34,019 nt of DNA from a virus. Its lineage: Duplodnaviria > Caudoviricetes. This document shows, in pieces, positions 32,130 to 34,019 of this stretch. Position 1 is the first letter of the stretch, and each line of letters starts with the position of its first letter. The DNA is taken from IMG/VR virus record IMGVR_UViG_3300032242_004047, positions 1 through 34,019 of that record; one strand, given 5' to 3'. The translations under genes were made by a program, and so were the position numbers. The notes beneath the pieces were generated by a model. That model saw only the letters and a program-made list of their open reading frames with translations, was not told the DNA's origin and ran no database searches.

Positions 32130-34019
32130 ATGCAATCCCAGCTTCCACCCCCAGCAGCCTTTCATCGTATCAAGCGCCTACGTGTCATCGGAGGGTTCCT
32201 CGACGGCACCGACATCGAGTTCTGCGACGGACTTAACTGTCTGATCGGTCCCCGCGGTGCGGGCAAAAGCACAATCTTGGAATTAATCCGTTACGCCCTT
32301 GACGTAATGCCGGGTCGAGATGGCGATCCACTGCGCAAGCGTATTGATGGCGTGATCACCCACAACCTCGACGGAGGCCGTGTCGAACTAGAAGTCGAGA
32401 CCAAGGATTCAATGGTCTATAAGATCGTTCGCGCTGCCGAGGAGGAGCCCATTGTTCTGGATGCCAACGAGTCTGCAGTCTCTTTGAAAAGCTCCAGGCT
32501 CATTCCCGCCGATGTTTATAGCCAAAACCAGATGGAAAGCATCGCCGAGAAGCCGCATTACCAGTTGGACTTGCTCGATAAATTCGCGTCCTGGGAGCTG
32601 TTCGAGATCGAGGGTGCCATTGAAGGCGTAACGCAGGCGATCCGATCCAATACCGGTCAACTGCTGCCACGGCTCCAACAACGCGATCGCTTGGCAGACC
32701 AGATCAAGGAGAAGGCGGTTGTTGAGGAAAAGCTCAAGACCTTCGCTAAATCCGGCGGGGACAATGCCGATGCGATTAACAACGCGCATGGCCTAAAGGC
32801 GCTACGCGATCGGGAGGGCCGCGCTTTTGATTCCTCCAGTGAGGCGATCAAATCCGTCGCCATGAAGCTCAAAAGCGTCACAGGGATGCTGGCCAGTGAA
32901 GTGCCGCCTATTTTCTCCCAAGAGATGCTTGGTGGGCCGAATGCCACGTTCATGGTTGATGCCCAAAGGGCTCTTCAGGTTGCGGCAGCGGATGTGGACC
33001 GGTTACTTGAAGAAGCGGTCGATCGGCTCCGTGCTGCGCATGAGAGCCTGAGGAAGCTGCGAGGCGGGCTTGAAACCGACCACTCCGCCCAGGAGATCGA
33101 GTTTAAAAAGCTGATCGAGAAGTATAAGGAAGCCCAGTCGCAGTCGGCAGAACGTGCCAAGGTGGAAAAGCGACGGAACGAGCTACTGGCCATGGAGCGG
33201 CAGTTGATCGACACCAATAAACAGATCACGGCTCTAGAGGAGGAGCGCATGCAGCTTATGGCCAAGCTCTCCGATAAACGCGATGAACGGTTCAATGCTC
33301 GGCAAGGAGTGGCCAAGCGGCTCAACGAAAACCTGCAACCGGCCATCAAGATCGAGGTGAAACAGTTTGGGGAACGCACCGAGTATCGGCAGCTTATTGA
33401 GCGAGCCCTAGCGAATGCCGGGGTGAAGAAGCAGGTGGTCGCCAGCCGAGTCTCCGCCAACGTCCCGCCCTCAGAACTCTATGATATTGTCCGCCGCCAG
33501 GCGACCAAGGAGCTGGTTCAGCGCTGCGAGCTCAATGAGAACCAAGCGGCGGCGGTCATCATCGAGATGCATAAGCCCGAAAACCTCTACGAGCTCGAGG
33601 TGGTTGAGATGGACGATCTGCCTTCCATCCAGCTCCGGGACGGGGATGACTATAAAGATTCCGCCTCGCTATCTACCGGCCAGAAGTGCACGGCCATCCT
33701 GCCGATTCTGCTTTTTGATAGCGCCAACCCGCTCCTAATCGATCAGCCGGAGGACAACCTCGATAACGGATTTGTGTTCGGTACCGTGGTCAAGAGCATC
33801 CGGAAGGTTCAGGGAACCCGGCAGCTGATCTTTGTGACCCACAACCCAAACATTCCGGTCTTAGGGGACGCGTCCCGGATCGTCCTGATGCACTCCGATG
33901 GTCGCGCCGCACGCCCACGGGCCGTTGGCGATGTGGACAGCTGCAAGGATCACATTGTCCTGCTCCTTGAAGGGGGGAAAGAAGCCTTCCAACGACGAAT
34001 GGAGCGCTACCAATATTAA
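32130..34019 (+). CDS. ABC/SMC-type AAA ATPase with a long coiled coil (TrlF/Ppl-ATPase-like), no PHP domain
   Basis: Walker A GPRGAGKST, Q-loop YSQNQ, signature LSTGQK, Walker B/D-loop LLIDQPEDNLDN, H-loop VTHNPNIPVLGDA. Confidence 0.85.
   Translation: MQSQLPPPAAFHRIKRLRVIGGFLDGTDIEFCDGLNCLIGPRGAGKSTILELIRYALDVMPGRDGDPLRKRIDGVITHNLDGGRVELEVETKDSMVYKIVRAAEEEPIVLDANESAVSLKSSRLIPADVYSQNQMESIAEKPHYQLDLLDKFASWELFEIEGAIEGVTQAIRSNTGQLLPRLQQRDRLADQIKEKAVVEEKLKTFAKSGGDNADAINNAHGLKALRDREGRAFDSSSEAIKSVAMKLKSVTGMLASEVPPIFSQEMLGGPNATFMVDAQRALQVAAADVDRLLEEAVDRLRAAHESLRKLRGGLETDHSAQEIEFKKLIEKYKEAQSQSAERAKVEKRRNELLAMERQLIDTNKQITALEEERMQLMAKLSDKRDERFNARQGVAKRLNENLQPAIKIEVKQFGERTEYRQLIERALANAGVKKQVVASRVSANVPPSELYDIVRRQATKELVQRCELNENQAAAVIIEMHKPENLYELEVVEMDDLPSIQLRDGDDYKDSASLSTGQKCTAILPILLFDSANPLLIDQPEDNLDNGFVFGTVVKSIRKVQGTRQLIFVTHNPNIPVLGDASRIVLMHSDGRAARPRAVGDVDSCKDHIVLLLEGGKEAFQRRMERYQY

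Overview
The window is almost entirely one tailed phage or prophage (siphovirus-like, lambda-type packaging), transcribed on the minus strand. From right to left it holds: recombination/replication genes (Sak4-like AAA_24 ATPase, PD-(D/E)XK nuclease, DUF669 SSB-like protein, SF2 helicase, and a primase-helicase broken by one in-frame TAG); an HTH protein and a DUF3102-like gene; a repeat-rich cos-like region; terS, an endonuclease and a GpA-type terL; a ParB-N DNA methyltransferase; a lysis cassette; gpW, portal, S49 protease with a nested scaffold, and major capsid; head-tail and tail genes (two paralogous tail-tube-like genes, a -1 frameshifted chaperone, a short tape measure); Cys-rich tail-tip genes; and a 1.2-kaa repeat-rich tail fibre. 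Plus-strand cargo is a higBA toxin-antitoxin pair, a three-gene DUF6900 cassette and a TrlF/Ppl-like ABC-SMC ATPase. No integrase or repressor is visible. The most striking unexplained signal is a strand-specific heptamer, TTGACAC, lying 12-13 nt (once 15 nt) upstream of the start codon of 11 minus-strand genes (one as TTGACAT). That is too close to be a sigma70 -35 element, and no -10 box accompanies it. It suggests a non-canonical phage expression signal such as a leaderless promoter or an alternative translation-initiation element. All family assignments come from motif recognition by eye; no database search was run.
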